Of a stretch of DNA of 64,000 nucleotides, positions 49,555 to 62,600 are shown one piece after another (position 1 is the first letter of the stretch; every line of letters starts with the position of its first letter). The DNA lies in contig OZ059896.1 in the NCBI GenBank assembly GCA_964057225.1, positions 11,160,001 to 11,224,000 of the forward strand, read 5' to 3'. The notes below the pieces were generated by a model. The model was not told where the DNA came from. It worked only from the letters and a program-made list of their open reading frames with translations, and did not search any database. A program made the position numbers and the translations under genes. The DNA is from Auanema rhodensis (Eukaryota > Animalia > Nematoda).

Positions 49555-52240
49555 TCAGATATTTTTGTTTTTCTGTAAACAATCCATGGATAATTAAGAT
49601 TTAAGCGTACTTGTATAATTTTCTTAAAATGTGACATATGACTTTCTTTATTTAAAAATCTAAAAGAAGTAAATTAAAATATTTGAAATATACTAAATCT
49701 ATACCTCTTTATAACTATTTTTCTAAATAAGCTGTCAAGAATATAATGATTTGTATTATAATTAAGACAATGAAACAAATGTTCTAATCTTAATATAACT
49801 TGTCTCCATCTTATTGAGGCGATTTGATTCAAATTATTATATTTTTCGTGATCATATTCTGAAACAAAAGCCATCTTTAAGTATCAAAAATAGAAATAAT
49901 ATCCGTTACCGAAACCCAAATTTCTGAATTTTCTTGTAATTGTTCGCGGAAGAAGATTTTCTTCAGGAAAAAGTAAATGCCTCAATTCCAATTCTGTTAA
50001 ACCTGATCGTACAATACTCAAAAAACAAAGAGTAGCAATTAGTAAATGTCCTTTACATTCACCCTCGATTACACTTAATTCCGTCTCATAAACTCTAGAA
50101 AGATTCTTTTAAACTTATTAATTAATAATTATTTTTTTTACTTTATTGGATTATACAATGCTAAATGTGTAACCTTATCAGTATCAGTTCCAAGTCGTAC
50201 AAAATTTCCAAGTATACGAGCTTTCAAAACTGACCAACGATTTTCAATATATCCTTAAAATAGTTAAAAATAATTATATTTTATAATCTCATGTATGAAT
50301 TTCTATATATTTTAATTTGAAAAACGATTTACCTTCTTCTATAGCTTCAAGATTTCCTGTAGTCAAAGTATTGCCAAATATTTTTGTGGCAATTTCACGG
50401 GTTCCTACACGAATCTGATTTTCAGTGGTATATTCACCAAAATTAATATATTTTGTTATAATATTCTAAAATATTATAAAATTAAAAAAATATAAATATT
50501 TATAATATATTTACTATTATATCATTTTGAGAATGTGGTTGTATATTCAGTATACTAATAGGTATCTGATCTTGTGTTGATTGAAATATTCGAACAGATA
50601 AAACAATGGTTATATTTGATTTGTAAACTAACAACTTGTCTAAGCTTGATGAAATCTAAATATCAAGAAAGTTTATAAATTTTTAAAAAGATTGAAACAA
50701 ACCTTATCCGCATTATCAATTATAATTAAAATATTTTCTGTAATGGTAGATATATCATCATAATTTATATTATTCTTAATAATAAATCTTTAAAAAATGT
50801 ATAAAATTTGATAAATTTACCGCCAAATTTAACTTTTCTTTAATTTCGTTTTGGTAATGTTCAACTTGTTTTTTGTTATTTATTGAGAGAAAAACTTTAT
50901 TTTGAAAAGTTGAGTTATTGTATGCTTTTGTTAAAATTTTCGTTCTTTCACCCACATAGCCACCAATTAATTGAATTATTCCACCCTTTTCTATGAGAGA
51001 TAATAACTGAATAAGTTATTATAATTACAGCTAATATACAATATTTTTACTTCTAAATAAGTTGCTTCCAGATTGCTACTTAATTCTTCTTTCCATTCAT
51101 TATATATATTTGAAGATTTATCATCATCTTCATTTGTATTTTCTTCATAATTTGCAATACAATTTAATATATGACTCTAAATAAATATATTTATTTTAAA
51201 GAGATAACTATAATTATAGTATAGTTACCTTGACTATTTTTGTCATATTTTCAAGTCCTTGTAAAACTATATGCTTATGCTGAATATTATCGAACCCATC
51301 ACTTCTGCATGTATATTCAAAAACTTGAGATTTCTTAAAATATTTAAAAATATTATTTTTAAAAATAGAAATACAAAAATTACCGGAATATAAGTTTTTA
51401 TATTGTTCACAAGGTTCTTTGCACGTTGGCTACCATTCTCATCCTCAATAAAATTGTCACTGTTGAATGGTAATTCTTCCAAAAAAGCCGAATTTCGAAT
51501 TAAATATAAAGCTTGAAAGTAAAAATTATTTCTTTTTTATTTAATATTTATTACCATGGTTATTTGTTTTTCCTGAAAAGATTATAGCAATCTCGTTCAT
51601 TGTGAGGTCTTGCTTTATTCCTTTCATTCTTAGAAAATTAATTTCGGGAACAGAATCATCCAGTACATAACCTCCACATTCTCTAAAATATCAAAAATTG
51701 AAAGATTTACTATGATAATATATAAATAACCCAAGCAAATGAATATATATTGGGTTACTTGATTCTCGAAACGATTGTGTTATAAGATGATCCAGAAGAT
51801 AAACGTTTTCAGGAGCATCATATACTGCTTTTATATTCTATAATATTTTTTTTGTTATAAACAGAAGTTAATTCTAAATATGTAACTGAATTAAAGTTTT
51901 CAAGTAACAAGAATAATTTCTTTTTGCTTGCTATTGTTTGCAGTTTTTCTTCAATCTGTAAACAAATGAATATAAACAGTACTATCTGTTTATAACCAAT
52001 TGATGTAGTAGTGATCTCTCATTTCGGAAATCTTTAAATGTCGAAATAAGAATTATTCTAACTATTTTCCATCCACTAAAATGTTATTATTATTGTTTAT
52101 ATTATAATTAATATAGTTAGTTACCTATATTGCTTACTTTTATTTATTTCATAATCAGTATGACTTTGAGATGTTACCTTCCAAATATCATCCAAATTGT
52201 GTAGCTCAAGTTCTTTTCTAGTTGATACAGAACATCCCAT
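49555..52240 (-). CDS. DUF4062 plus degenerate NACHT-like (TEP1/NWD-type STAND) protein lacking C-terminal repeats
   Basis: Spliced: MGCSVS...SGWKIVRIILISTFKDFRNER (DUF4062-like start); PIYIHLLGECGGY; LTMNEI; ALYLIRNSAFL; IIQLIGGYVGERT (degenerate Walker A); ILIIIDNADK (Walker B); LIATLCFLSIVRSGLTELELRHLL (winged-helix motif). The 3' end is approximate. Confidence 0.72.
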
Positions 52241-54275
52241 GGTCAAGTAAACGCTATATATTTATAAAACTCTTTAATATATATTATAACAATCATATGA
52301 TGTTATGATTTACAATTAAAGTATATTTAGAGGTAGAGGTATTAATTGATTTTGAAGCTTCTTCTTATAGTCTAGATTGATCACATGATCTCTGACATCC
52401 TAGTCTCTATTACGGACAACCAAAAACGGGTAAGTCGGATATAAAAGGATAGGGATGAGCGTAAAACATAATCAAACGCTTTCATTGTCTCGAAAAGTTT
52501 CTCCTCCTGATTTAAGCTAGTTTTGGCTAAGATTTTCATATCATTCTATTATCTTTTCTGTGCAGTCATTGTTCTTTTCTCTCGCTATTCGCTTTCTCAT
52601 TATCATTTCTCAAATCTTTAGCTAATTTATTAAGCATTACCCTCTTCTATTAATCTCGTACATTTTTGGAAGTTATTAATTAATATTCTCAATTATTGTT
52701 TTCTTTAGTTATAACCAAAAACAATGAATTAATCAGATTATTATAGTATATTTAGATGTAAAAATACTTATAAAATATTAAATTAATAAGGTATCATAGT
52801 CTATGTATCTCTATACCAAAAATATATATAACTAGTTTATGATGTCAGTTGACTATCTGATTGATGATTATAAAAAGTTGCTTAGAGTATTGAAAGAACT
52901 AGGTTTAGGTTTCAATATAGTAGAAGCAGAGAAAAGGATCATCAAGTTGTACAACAGGTTATACATAATAGATAGGATTTATAATAACCGCATAAACAAG
53001 CTCATTTTTTTTTATATTCAAACCTTATTTTTGATTTAACAATCCTTTGATCTATTAAGAAAATTTTAGAAAATTTCATTGAGAAGCTTGAAAGCGATTA
53101 AGACGAAAACTTGAATGAACTTTTTCCAATATCTTCCTGTTTTCAACTTCAAATCCATGAATCATATGCTAGTTAACGTTTGATTATAACATAAAAAAAT
53201 ATTTTTTTTTCTTATAAAGATATAAGAAAATGAAGTTTAATGCTACATCTATGTATTACTAGTTAATATAATTTGTTCAGTCATATATTGCTATATTAGT
53301 AGTTGTCGCAATCGAAATATTTGACATACATACAACAAATAAAAGAATTGAAATGTGAGGATAGATATAGAAATCTTCATACAAAGTGTTGTTCTTTTGT
53401 TTTTTTTATATATTTCAATAATCACCTTTCAAAAGTTGAAATAATCAATTAATCAATTAGACTTTAATTTTTCATTTCTTTTTTTTTTTTTACTCTCTCA
53501 CAATCTCCTGTTTGTCATATCCTTTTCTCATTTTCCACCTCTTCATGTTCTCCAATGTAGCAAACGAGTTGACTTTCTCTTGTTCGACCCTGTTCTCCGA
53601 GAAATATCGCTTAAGGCTATATCCGCCCTCGTTCCTTTATTCTGGCTCTTTATCTGTTCATACTAATTCCCGCCCATCACGGTCAGAAGCCGAAACATCT
53701 TTTTTAGTTGTGTTACATTAAATGCTATATCAGTCTATAATTTCATTTTTTTTGGAATCAAGTTAACTTCTAAATAATTTTAAATTTCTTGAAATAATAT
53801 ATGAAATATACTCTACACTCTTTCATTTTTATTATAAATATTTGAATCTTAGCATTCTCTCTCTGTTTTTTTTTAATTTTGAACAAAATAGGAAAAAAAT
53901 AAAAAAATATAAGTATGGATATAAAATAGCATATTACATATTTATAATGTATATATTATATATGGCATAGAAAGAAATAGATAAAATATATGTAGGTCTA
54001 TCAAGATTAACAGTTCGTTTAGTTTATTTCGAATATAAAAACTGAAGAAGAAATAATATAGAAATTGAAATATAGCTGAAATGTTTGAAGCTTAATGAAG
54101 CCAAGTGAACATAAGCTTAGAGTATTTTAGCTTCCAATTCATATTTTGTCTAAAAGCGTTGCTAAGTTTCATAGACATAATTCATTAATTATTAAAATTC
54201 TAATCGTATTCTCTTTATTTTCTACATTTTCATAATTTTTAATGAAATATCTTTTTATATAATTTATATTTTAGG

Positions 54276-56591
54276 ATGGTTAGCCAAATGATTGGTATAG
54301 CTATTGTAGCTACTGTCCTAGTATCAGGTGAATGAACTTTTTTTTTTTAAATATATGTACATATAATATATATTTTTAAATATCCATCTCTAACTATTAC
54401 AGTTTTAACTTTAGAACAGTAGCAATTTTCTATTGTTCTATGTTAGTCTGGTCTTAGACAAGATTTTCAACCTCAAGAAATACTAGTTTTCATTGCTTTT
54501 TAAGATATACCATTAGGATAATCCTAAACGATTAAACGCTTAGTTTTTGTCTGTCATTAACAAAATTTTATTTTTTTTTGATTTAGTAAAGAAAATTAAA
54601 TTTTAAATTAATTTTTATAAATCTAGAAAAATGTATTATTATACTTAGTTGTTTCAGTTCAAGCAATACAAGATTGCAAAGATGCTGATCCTAAATGCAC
54701 AGAATGGGCTGCTTCAGGAGAATGCACAGCGAACGCCGTTTGGTAAGTACCAAATCAAAAATTATATTTATCTTTCTTTTTAACATTTTTTATAATTTTT
54801 ATAATTTATTTATTTAATTATAATACTATTGTATAGTGTATGATTTTAGGATGATGGCAAACTGTCGTAAATCATGTCATTCGTGTCAAGGAGGTGATCG
54901 TGCTTGGAAATTAAGATCACATATACAAGAAGAATATCAAAATAAAACTGATATTATGAGAGAAGTTCGAGTTGAAAGTGTTCGAATTAATAATGTGGAA
55001 ATAGTAAGAATTTATAATAATATTGATTATTATTATTATAATTATATAATTATAGGACGAAAAAAGACAAAATGTTAGAGTATTTGGACGTTTTGTATTG
55101 GTTAGTTAATTCAATTTTATTTTTAAAAATAATAATTATTATTATTAAGAGTTGGAATGATACTCAAGTTGCATGGGATAAGAACCAATGGGGATTAAGT
55201 TGGCTTAACTTCTATTGGATCCAGATTTGGACTCCAATGATTGTTCAATTGAATGGGTGAATCTTAAAGATATAAAATGAATTATAACAATTGTGTTTAC
55301 AGAGGTGCTACTTCAAGCCCTGGAACTGTTACAAGTAAAGTCTTGGCTGCTAACTACACTGGACAGATCTATCTTTGGGCTGACTTTGCCTTCTCCACAC
55401 CTTTCAGATTCCAATATGAAGATTATCCAAATGATGAACAGAGAGTAAGAAATGTTTTTGCAATATTTTATAATTAACAATAATTCATATAGGTTTGTTT
55501 CAAATTTGATGATAAGAGACTTTTGGCTGTTCATTTTACTGTTTCTGAACAAGTTAAGAACAAGAATCGTGAAATGATGACAGATCCATTTGTTTCCGGA
55601 TGGAAAATCTCTGACTTTGAAGTTAATGTAAGTTATATTTTTAAAAATATAATATTTTAAAAATCACAAAAGAAAAGGTTGAAACTATTACAAAAAAAGT
55701 TTGAAACCGATGGTTTCCCATTAAATAATATTTAATTTTTCTTTCTATAACACAATTTTCTTTGTTTTTTTTTTGATTTTAGATATTTCATTTTTCGAAA
55801 CAAATCAATTTAAAAATTCAGATTTCACTCAATATATTTTCAAAAAATTTGATGTTTTTTCTATTTTCTTTTTTTAGGAATCACCATTCTCCATCGAGGC
55901 ACTCTCCGATCCTAAAAGAAATCCATTCGATATTCAAGCTGACAACTGTGAACTATGCGTTACTTTAGAAAGAAATGCTGTATATTTCACAGCAGAAATG
56001 TTACTTCCAGCTTTAGTAACAAGTATTTTTACTTTATCTGCTGTGTTTTTCCAGGTTATTCATTATTTTTTATAATAATTATATTAAATTGTATTTTAGT
56101 TATCAAAGACGCAGTCTGTTCTTCTCGGATTTTCCGTTGTCACTCAACTTTTGGCACTTGTTCTCATGTCACAAAGATTACCAAGTTTCACCGCTCATAC
56201 ACCTACTATTGGTAATAAATACATATTTATATAAACAAATATATTATCATTCATTATAATCTTACAGTACATTATGCTGAATTTAACCTCATTATGACTG
56301 GATTGCTATTCTTGATTTCTTTGGTTCTTGAGAGATTAGCTACTACTCCTGCTAATATTCCACCACCACATTGTGTAGATCGATTTGCCGGACTTGTAGA
56401 TCATGTTTTACCAATTCCAAGGGTAAGATTATACCTGTGAAATCTACTAATCATACTGTAATCTTCAGAATACCAAGCACGAGGATGAGTCTTTGAAATA
56501 TGCTTCAGTATCTCATGCTCTCAATCATGTTATTTTTGCGTTGGCTTCTGTTATATATTTTATTGTTGTTATTTTTTCTTTTGTATTTTAA
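54276..56591 (+). CDS. Cys-less pentameric ligand-gated ion channel-like subunit with N-terminal ShK domain
   Basis: Signal peptide; ShK CKDADPKCTEWAASGECTANAVWMMANCRKSCHSC; LBD motifs SWNDTQVAW, IWTP, YPNDEQ, SGW; LERNAVYF...LLPA TM1; RLPSFTAHTP M2-M3 loop; four TM helices. Confidence 0.88.
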
Positions 56592-57570
56592 ATAATATTA
56601 AATCTAATGTATTTGCAACTATTTTAATAAAAAAATATTTTTCTCATCAAATTATTGTTGCATATCTTCAAAGCAGGCAAACATTCTGTGCGTTTTCTTA
56701 CCGTACAGAAAGATACAATCAACTTTTTTTTATTCAAAAAGTTTAAACAAAAATAATTTAATATATTACAAACATTATTATTATTATTATTTGTTTAAAT
56801 AAGGTTTTTTTTAATATTTAAATATATGTATATTTCTTTATTTGATGGTCATATTCTCGTTAATCTGGCTCACATGGGAATTTATTTCTTGACATAATGG
56901 TCAGAAAACCGGTTGATCATTCATACGATTGATTATGAGACTAAATGAGCAAAGGAAAGATAAATACATTAAATACTCAAATAATTCAAGAAAACACAGT
57001 AAGCATTAAGTTTCTTTTCAAGTTTTAAATAATATTTTAACTTAAGTTTACTATGCTACTGTTAATTTTTTAATTTATAATTTAATCCTTTCCTTTACTA
57101 TTCTTTCAAAAAAATGTTGAAGTTTTTCTTTGTTAAATACCTTTAATCATTGCCTATTTGGTGTCTTGTCGTTCATTCATTCATTTGTGAGTTTTCATAG
57201 AGTCTTTTGTTAGTTTCAATTTCCTCGCTCGTTTCTTTTATTTTCAAAGCTTTCACAAAAGCTTTTGATGACACTAACCATTTCTCCCACATTGTTCCTC
57301 AATTTCTGGATCTCCTTTCATCAGACTCTTGTGTGAGAGGTTAGGGGGAAAGGAGAGACTTTCTGCGTAGGTGAAGCCGGCTCTGCCGTTTGTTTTTCCA
57401 ACAGTCTTATTCCAGTTTATCATCTTATATGTAGGTCCTGCTTTCTTTATATTGTCTTGAAGCTCCATCCACTTTGATTGTCTAACATTTAAACTTATTC
57501 CTTATTCAGCTTTTTGGCCATCACATTCATTTTTGAACTCCAAATAATTCATTCAAACATATATGAAAAG

Positions 57571-59614
57571 ATGAAACTTTTTTTTTATCTCTTTCTTTTT
57601 TATTGTATTACCAAAAGTATTCAAAACGTTTTTACTCAATTGCAGTGTCGCAGTTGCATCATAATTTGAAATAGCCCATAGTATTGTCTTCCCTCACTAC
57701 ATTCATTTCAGTAAGGTATTTATTCCCGATTCTCCTCAAACATATCCAACATGTCTCACATCCAAAGAGGTTTATCGCTCAATTATTATTTTTTTATTAA
57801 TAATTTTATTTTTAGCTGCATTATTCGGCTCAATATCAACTGGAATAGTATCATTATTATCTCTAGCCGGTGCTTTAATTGTACCTTTATTACGTGGTTC
57901 AGCTAAGAATAGGTAAGCAAGCTTAGAGCATGTTCTTTAAACGTATTTAATGAATATTTTTATTTTTTTATCGTTTTTTTTCTTGTAGATGGATGCATTT
58001 TTTTATTTCAATGGCTGTAGCAACATTAAGTTCGGATGCACTTCTTCACATTGTTCCTCAAGCATGTTTATTCTTTCTTGTCTCTTGTTAACCTTTGATC
58101 TACAGATACTTGGATTACATAACCACTCAGAGACTGATAATCACCATCATGAGCATGACCATCATCACGAACATCATGAAGATCACGAAAATTCAACTAT
58201 TCCACATGAGGTATTCAGAATTTTTTTTTTATTAAATTAAAATTATTTTTATATCTTCATCTTCATCTTTACATTACATTATGTTTATTGTTATTAAGAG
58301 ATGATCCATTACAGAATGACCATGATCATGATGACAATCAACATATGCATCATAATCATAATGTAAGTTTTTAAAAAAAAATATTAAAATAATATTTTAA
58401 ATCTTTTTATTTCTAAAACATTTCTTTTGATATTTATATTCATTTATCAAAGACGAAAAGTGGGCAATATTGGTATACCATCCTTCTATCTATATAGGAA
58501 ATTTGAAAGAAAATGACAACTTAGTAATAGTATGAAAACATACAATAATCTATTTAAGACTGACTTATGGACTATTACAACAGATAGATCGATGCTATTA
58601 TATCTTTCTACAATAATGATAGCAATTTATCTTTTATATTTATTTGAATTTATAATTTATAATAGAAAAAAAACTCATAAGGTAAATTGAAACTTGTTTT
58701 TTTAATATTATATATCATATCATTAGTGTCAAATAGTTAACGAACATAGTATGGCTGGTAAAGAAATGCTTGATGAAAGTCAATGTTCTCTTGATAATTC
58801 CAAGTAAGTTTTGGCTCAGATGGTCAAAGATTCATATTATTTACTTTAGAACCATTGCTTCAAATGAAAATCATGATGCTGAAATGGACGAAGACACTGC
58901 ATACTGTTGCGGATTAAAGGTCCTATCCTATCAGAGATTGTTTCATTATGCTTTTCCTGTTTATAGAGTCGTGCAGTTGTTATTCTACTTGGAGATGGAA
59001 TTCATAATTTAGTTGATGGAGTGGCTATTGGAGCTTCATATTTGGCTTCTACCCAATTAGGAATCATCACCACCGTTGCTGTTATATGTCATGAACTTCC
59101 ACATGAACTGGGTAAAATAACTTTTTTCTTGGTTTTTATTTTTAATTTATTTGACAAAATATGTTTTTAGGTGACCTGGCTGTATTGCTTGACTCTGGTC
59201 TTAGTATGTGGAAAGCATTAGCATTGAATCTTCTATCAGCTTTAACAGCTTTTATTGGATTGTTTATCAGTATTGCTCTCGGTAATTTACATATATATTA
59301 TAATTATTGTAATATGTATATACAACAAAATGTTTTTTTTTTCAATTTTAGGATATAATAGCACAGCAGAACGGATATTGCTCGCATTTACAGCTGGAAT
59401 GTTTTTATATGTAGCATGGATTGATATGGTTTATTTAATATTTTGTATTGTACATCAAATTATATTTATTATCTTGCAGTTAGCTCATCTGAGACACATC
59501 GGAGTTCATAAAGATCATTGGCTAATAACTTGTGCTCTACAATCCCTCGGCTTCTTTTTCGGATTTTTCATGGTTTTCAGCTTAGGGTGGCTCGAGCATG
59601 ACCTTTTCCATTAA
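57571..59614 (+). CDS. LIV-1 subfamily ZIP (SLC39) zinc transporter
   Basis: [16 protein letters not shown]; His-rich loop; [17 protein letters not shown]; [15 protein letters not shown]; [14 protein letters not shown]. The first exon ([10 protein letters not shown], signal-like) is less certain. Confidence 0.93.
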
Positions 59615-62600
59615 TTATTATAGAAATGCTATCCAATTATTTTTGCTTTCTCATTCTTATTTTCTTATGTAATTTCTACATTTCTATAACATTATTTAAT
59701 CATTTTCACATGTGAAATGAACAACTTTTCCTGTTTCATGTTCAATATTTATTTTCAATTTTATGTATGTATGTATGTATTGTAATAGAATTTGATGTCA
59801 GTTTCATACTTTTTTTTAAACTTAACATCAATTATATTCTTTTAAATATTATTTATAATTAATTAAAAATCTTATATATATGTATATATATAAATTTTTA
59901 TATCAAATTTTTATTGTAAAATGATATACATCTATATATGGTTAGTGCAATTATACATACATATGTATGTGAATAGAACATATATCGGCATTGATTGCAA
60001 TTTTTATTTCCTTTTTTTTTTAAATATTTTTCTTTTATAAATATAATTTTTTATACATATATTAAAATATTAAAAACTTAAAATGTATAGAAAATTTTAA
60101 TATTTTATCGTTAAATTAGGATTTAATGAGTGCTGAAAATAGTTTTTGTTTGAATTCTGTATTCATATTTCAACTATATTTTGCAAATAATCTTTATAGT
60201 TAGATGTTATTGATTAATATATTTTAAATACAAAATTAATAATATTGTATTAAATACATATTATGTATATAATGTATATAATGTACATACATATGTCTAC
60301 TACCATACATTGTATCCAATGATCTTGTAAATTCTTTTATTAAAACGTCAAACCTTTTTAAAAATTTATGTTTCAGATCAAAATTCCTTTTTTTTTCATT
60401 AATATTATAATAATAGTTTATTAATAATAAAATATTATAAATTAAATGATTTTATCAGAAATATTCGCATAGAAAATAAAAAATTGGCACCTTTAAAGAG
60501 TATATTTTGATGATCAATTGATTCTTTCATTTAACTTTTGAATGTAATTACTTTGAAATTATGCGTTCCATTCTAAGAGGGAATTGAAGAAAATGCTATT
60601 CTGATAATTATTGTTGTGTTAGTCTTCTCTGGTACCACTCTGTGTCTCTTATAATAATATATAGATATACATACATATATCTGATATATCATGATTTCAG
60701 CATTATAGGTTTTTTTTGCTAAAAAAATACTTTTTTTTTTGTTTTTAAATTGTAATATGTTTGCATTCTCCTTTGAGTATGTCTGAGATTCAATACACAT
60801 ACTCCGCATACATATTACACATATGTACAGAACATTTCTACAAGATTTCTTTTCCAACAATATATAAAAAAAATGAAGGAAATTCTATTTGTTTTATTTT
60901 CCAAACTTGATACTTTTTTTTTTGTTCGAAACATTAAAAATTTTCTCTTTTTTCTCCACTCCTGTTCAACATTTACATCGGTCATGCTTTCAGATACTTC
61001 AAAAGCATTTACCAAATGAAAGATGAAAGCTACTTCCTCTAACCAATGCTCCAAAAAAGCATTTGAAAAGGTTGTAGAGTTGCGTAACATAGGAGATCTA
61101 TGAAAGTACTTACAAAATCACAAGCAAGGTTCAAAAGAAATATCTCGTATGCGAATATTTCAAACATCGCTTCTTATAGTTATAAGCAGCATATCAAACT
61201 TTTTATTTAACATGGATCACAGAGCTAACAAGACATTATGAGAGAATATGCTGAATGGAATAATTAAAATTGAAACTAAATCAGTTCTTGTTAGAATTAC
61301 ATACATATACCTGAATTATCTAGACATAACTAAATAATATTCTCCATTTTCTCCACCCACTCCACAGCACTCTCTTCATTTCCTCATTCTCTCTCAGTAA
61401 TCTTCTTTTTTTTCCTTCTTCCTCGTGCATACTGAAACTTTTTCTTTCTAATCTTTGCTTCGCCGGGCAAGCTCTCTTCTGAACTCCATTAGATTTTCAG
61501 TTGTATTAATGTTACATCAATTGTTTTATATTATATTTATTCAAAAAAATTTTTGTAACATTTTTTTATTCTTTATTTTCAAAATGGAATTACATGCACT
61601 ACATTATTTGAAAGATTGTAGATGTAAAATCTGCCTGTTCCATTTTCTATTTTAGAATCCACATGTCATATACATCGAATTTGCAAACATTTTTTTTGTT
61701 CTTATTACATCTTTGTTTTATTTTCTAGCAAGCCAATATTGGTATTTAATACTATTTTTCAACATTTCCGAAATTCAACCAGGTTAAGTGATTAACATTA
61801 TGAACTTAATTTTAAATAGGAATCTAGTTAAAATCTTAAGCATTAAATGAATGGAATTAGATCCTGCCAGCTGCTGATCAGATTTTGCTTCATATGCTCT
61901 TCACATCCGATCTCATTTTCTTTATGATTCACATAAATAACATCCGGCAATAATAATTCATTACTTGAATAATATTGAAAAAAATCAAATATATTCAACT
62001 ATTAACTATTAACTTTTAATATTTATAACTAAATCGAAATATTATTGAAAGAAGATATAAGAAAAATCGTTGTTTACATTCAGATGCATATAGAATGAAG
62101 AATAAAATGTTTTGAATGTAAAACACAGTAATTAACTTGTAGTTATGAGAAATTGATCAAAATTAAGCATTTTTACAGCAACCTTTTGCAACGAAACATA
62201 CTGATTCTAAGAAGTTCAAATAGTTGCTTCAACTTTATCTAAAAACAACAGTTAATTGATATCTAGAAGTGTTAGAAGTATTTTATTCCTTCTTCCGATA
62301 TTCCATAAGAAGTAAGAGACATGCTTCTCAATCTAATGAAATAACAACTCATGAACATAACAGTATTGTGTTCTTCATATAATAATATATGGTATACATG
62401 AATATACTATGTCTATCTCTTCCATCATTATTAGGTCTTCTTCTTCTTCTTTTTCTTTTTTTTCTTTGATTATTACATATAAAAGAAGAAAATAAAACTT
62501 ATCTTTAAATATAAATATACATATAACTATGTATATTTATGTAATCTCTTATCTTTTTTTCTTTCTTTTTTTTTCTTTTTTTGAAATTGTTTATTGTACT

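Noticed and set aside
57274-57468. Minus-strand 64-aa ORF upstream of the ZIP gene
   Set aside because: No motif or splice support; it overlaps the probable ZIP promoter.
60573-61090. Minus-strand ORFs 60573..60860 and 60815..61090
   Set aside because: They run through poly-A tracts, with no recognisable domain and no consistent exon chain.
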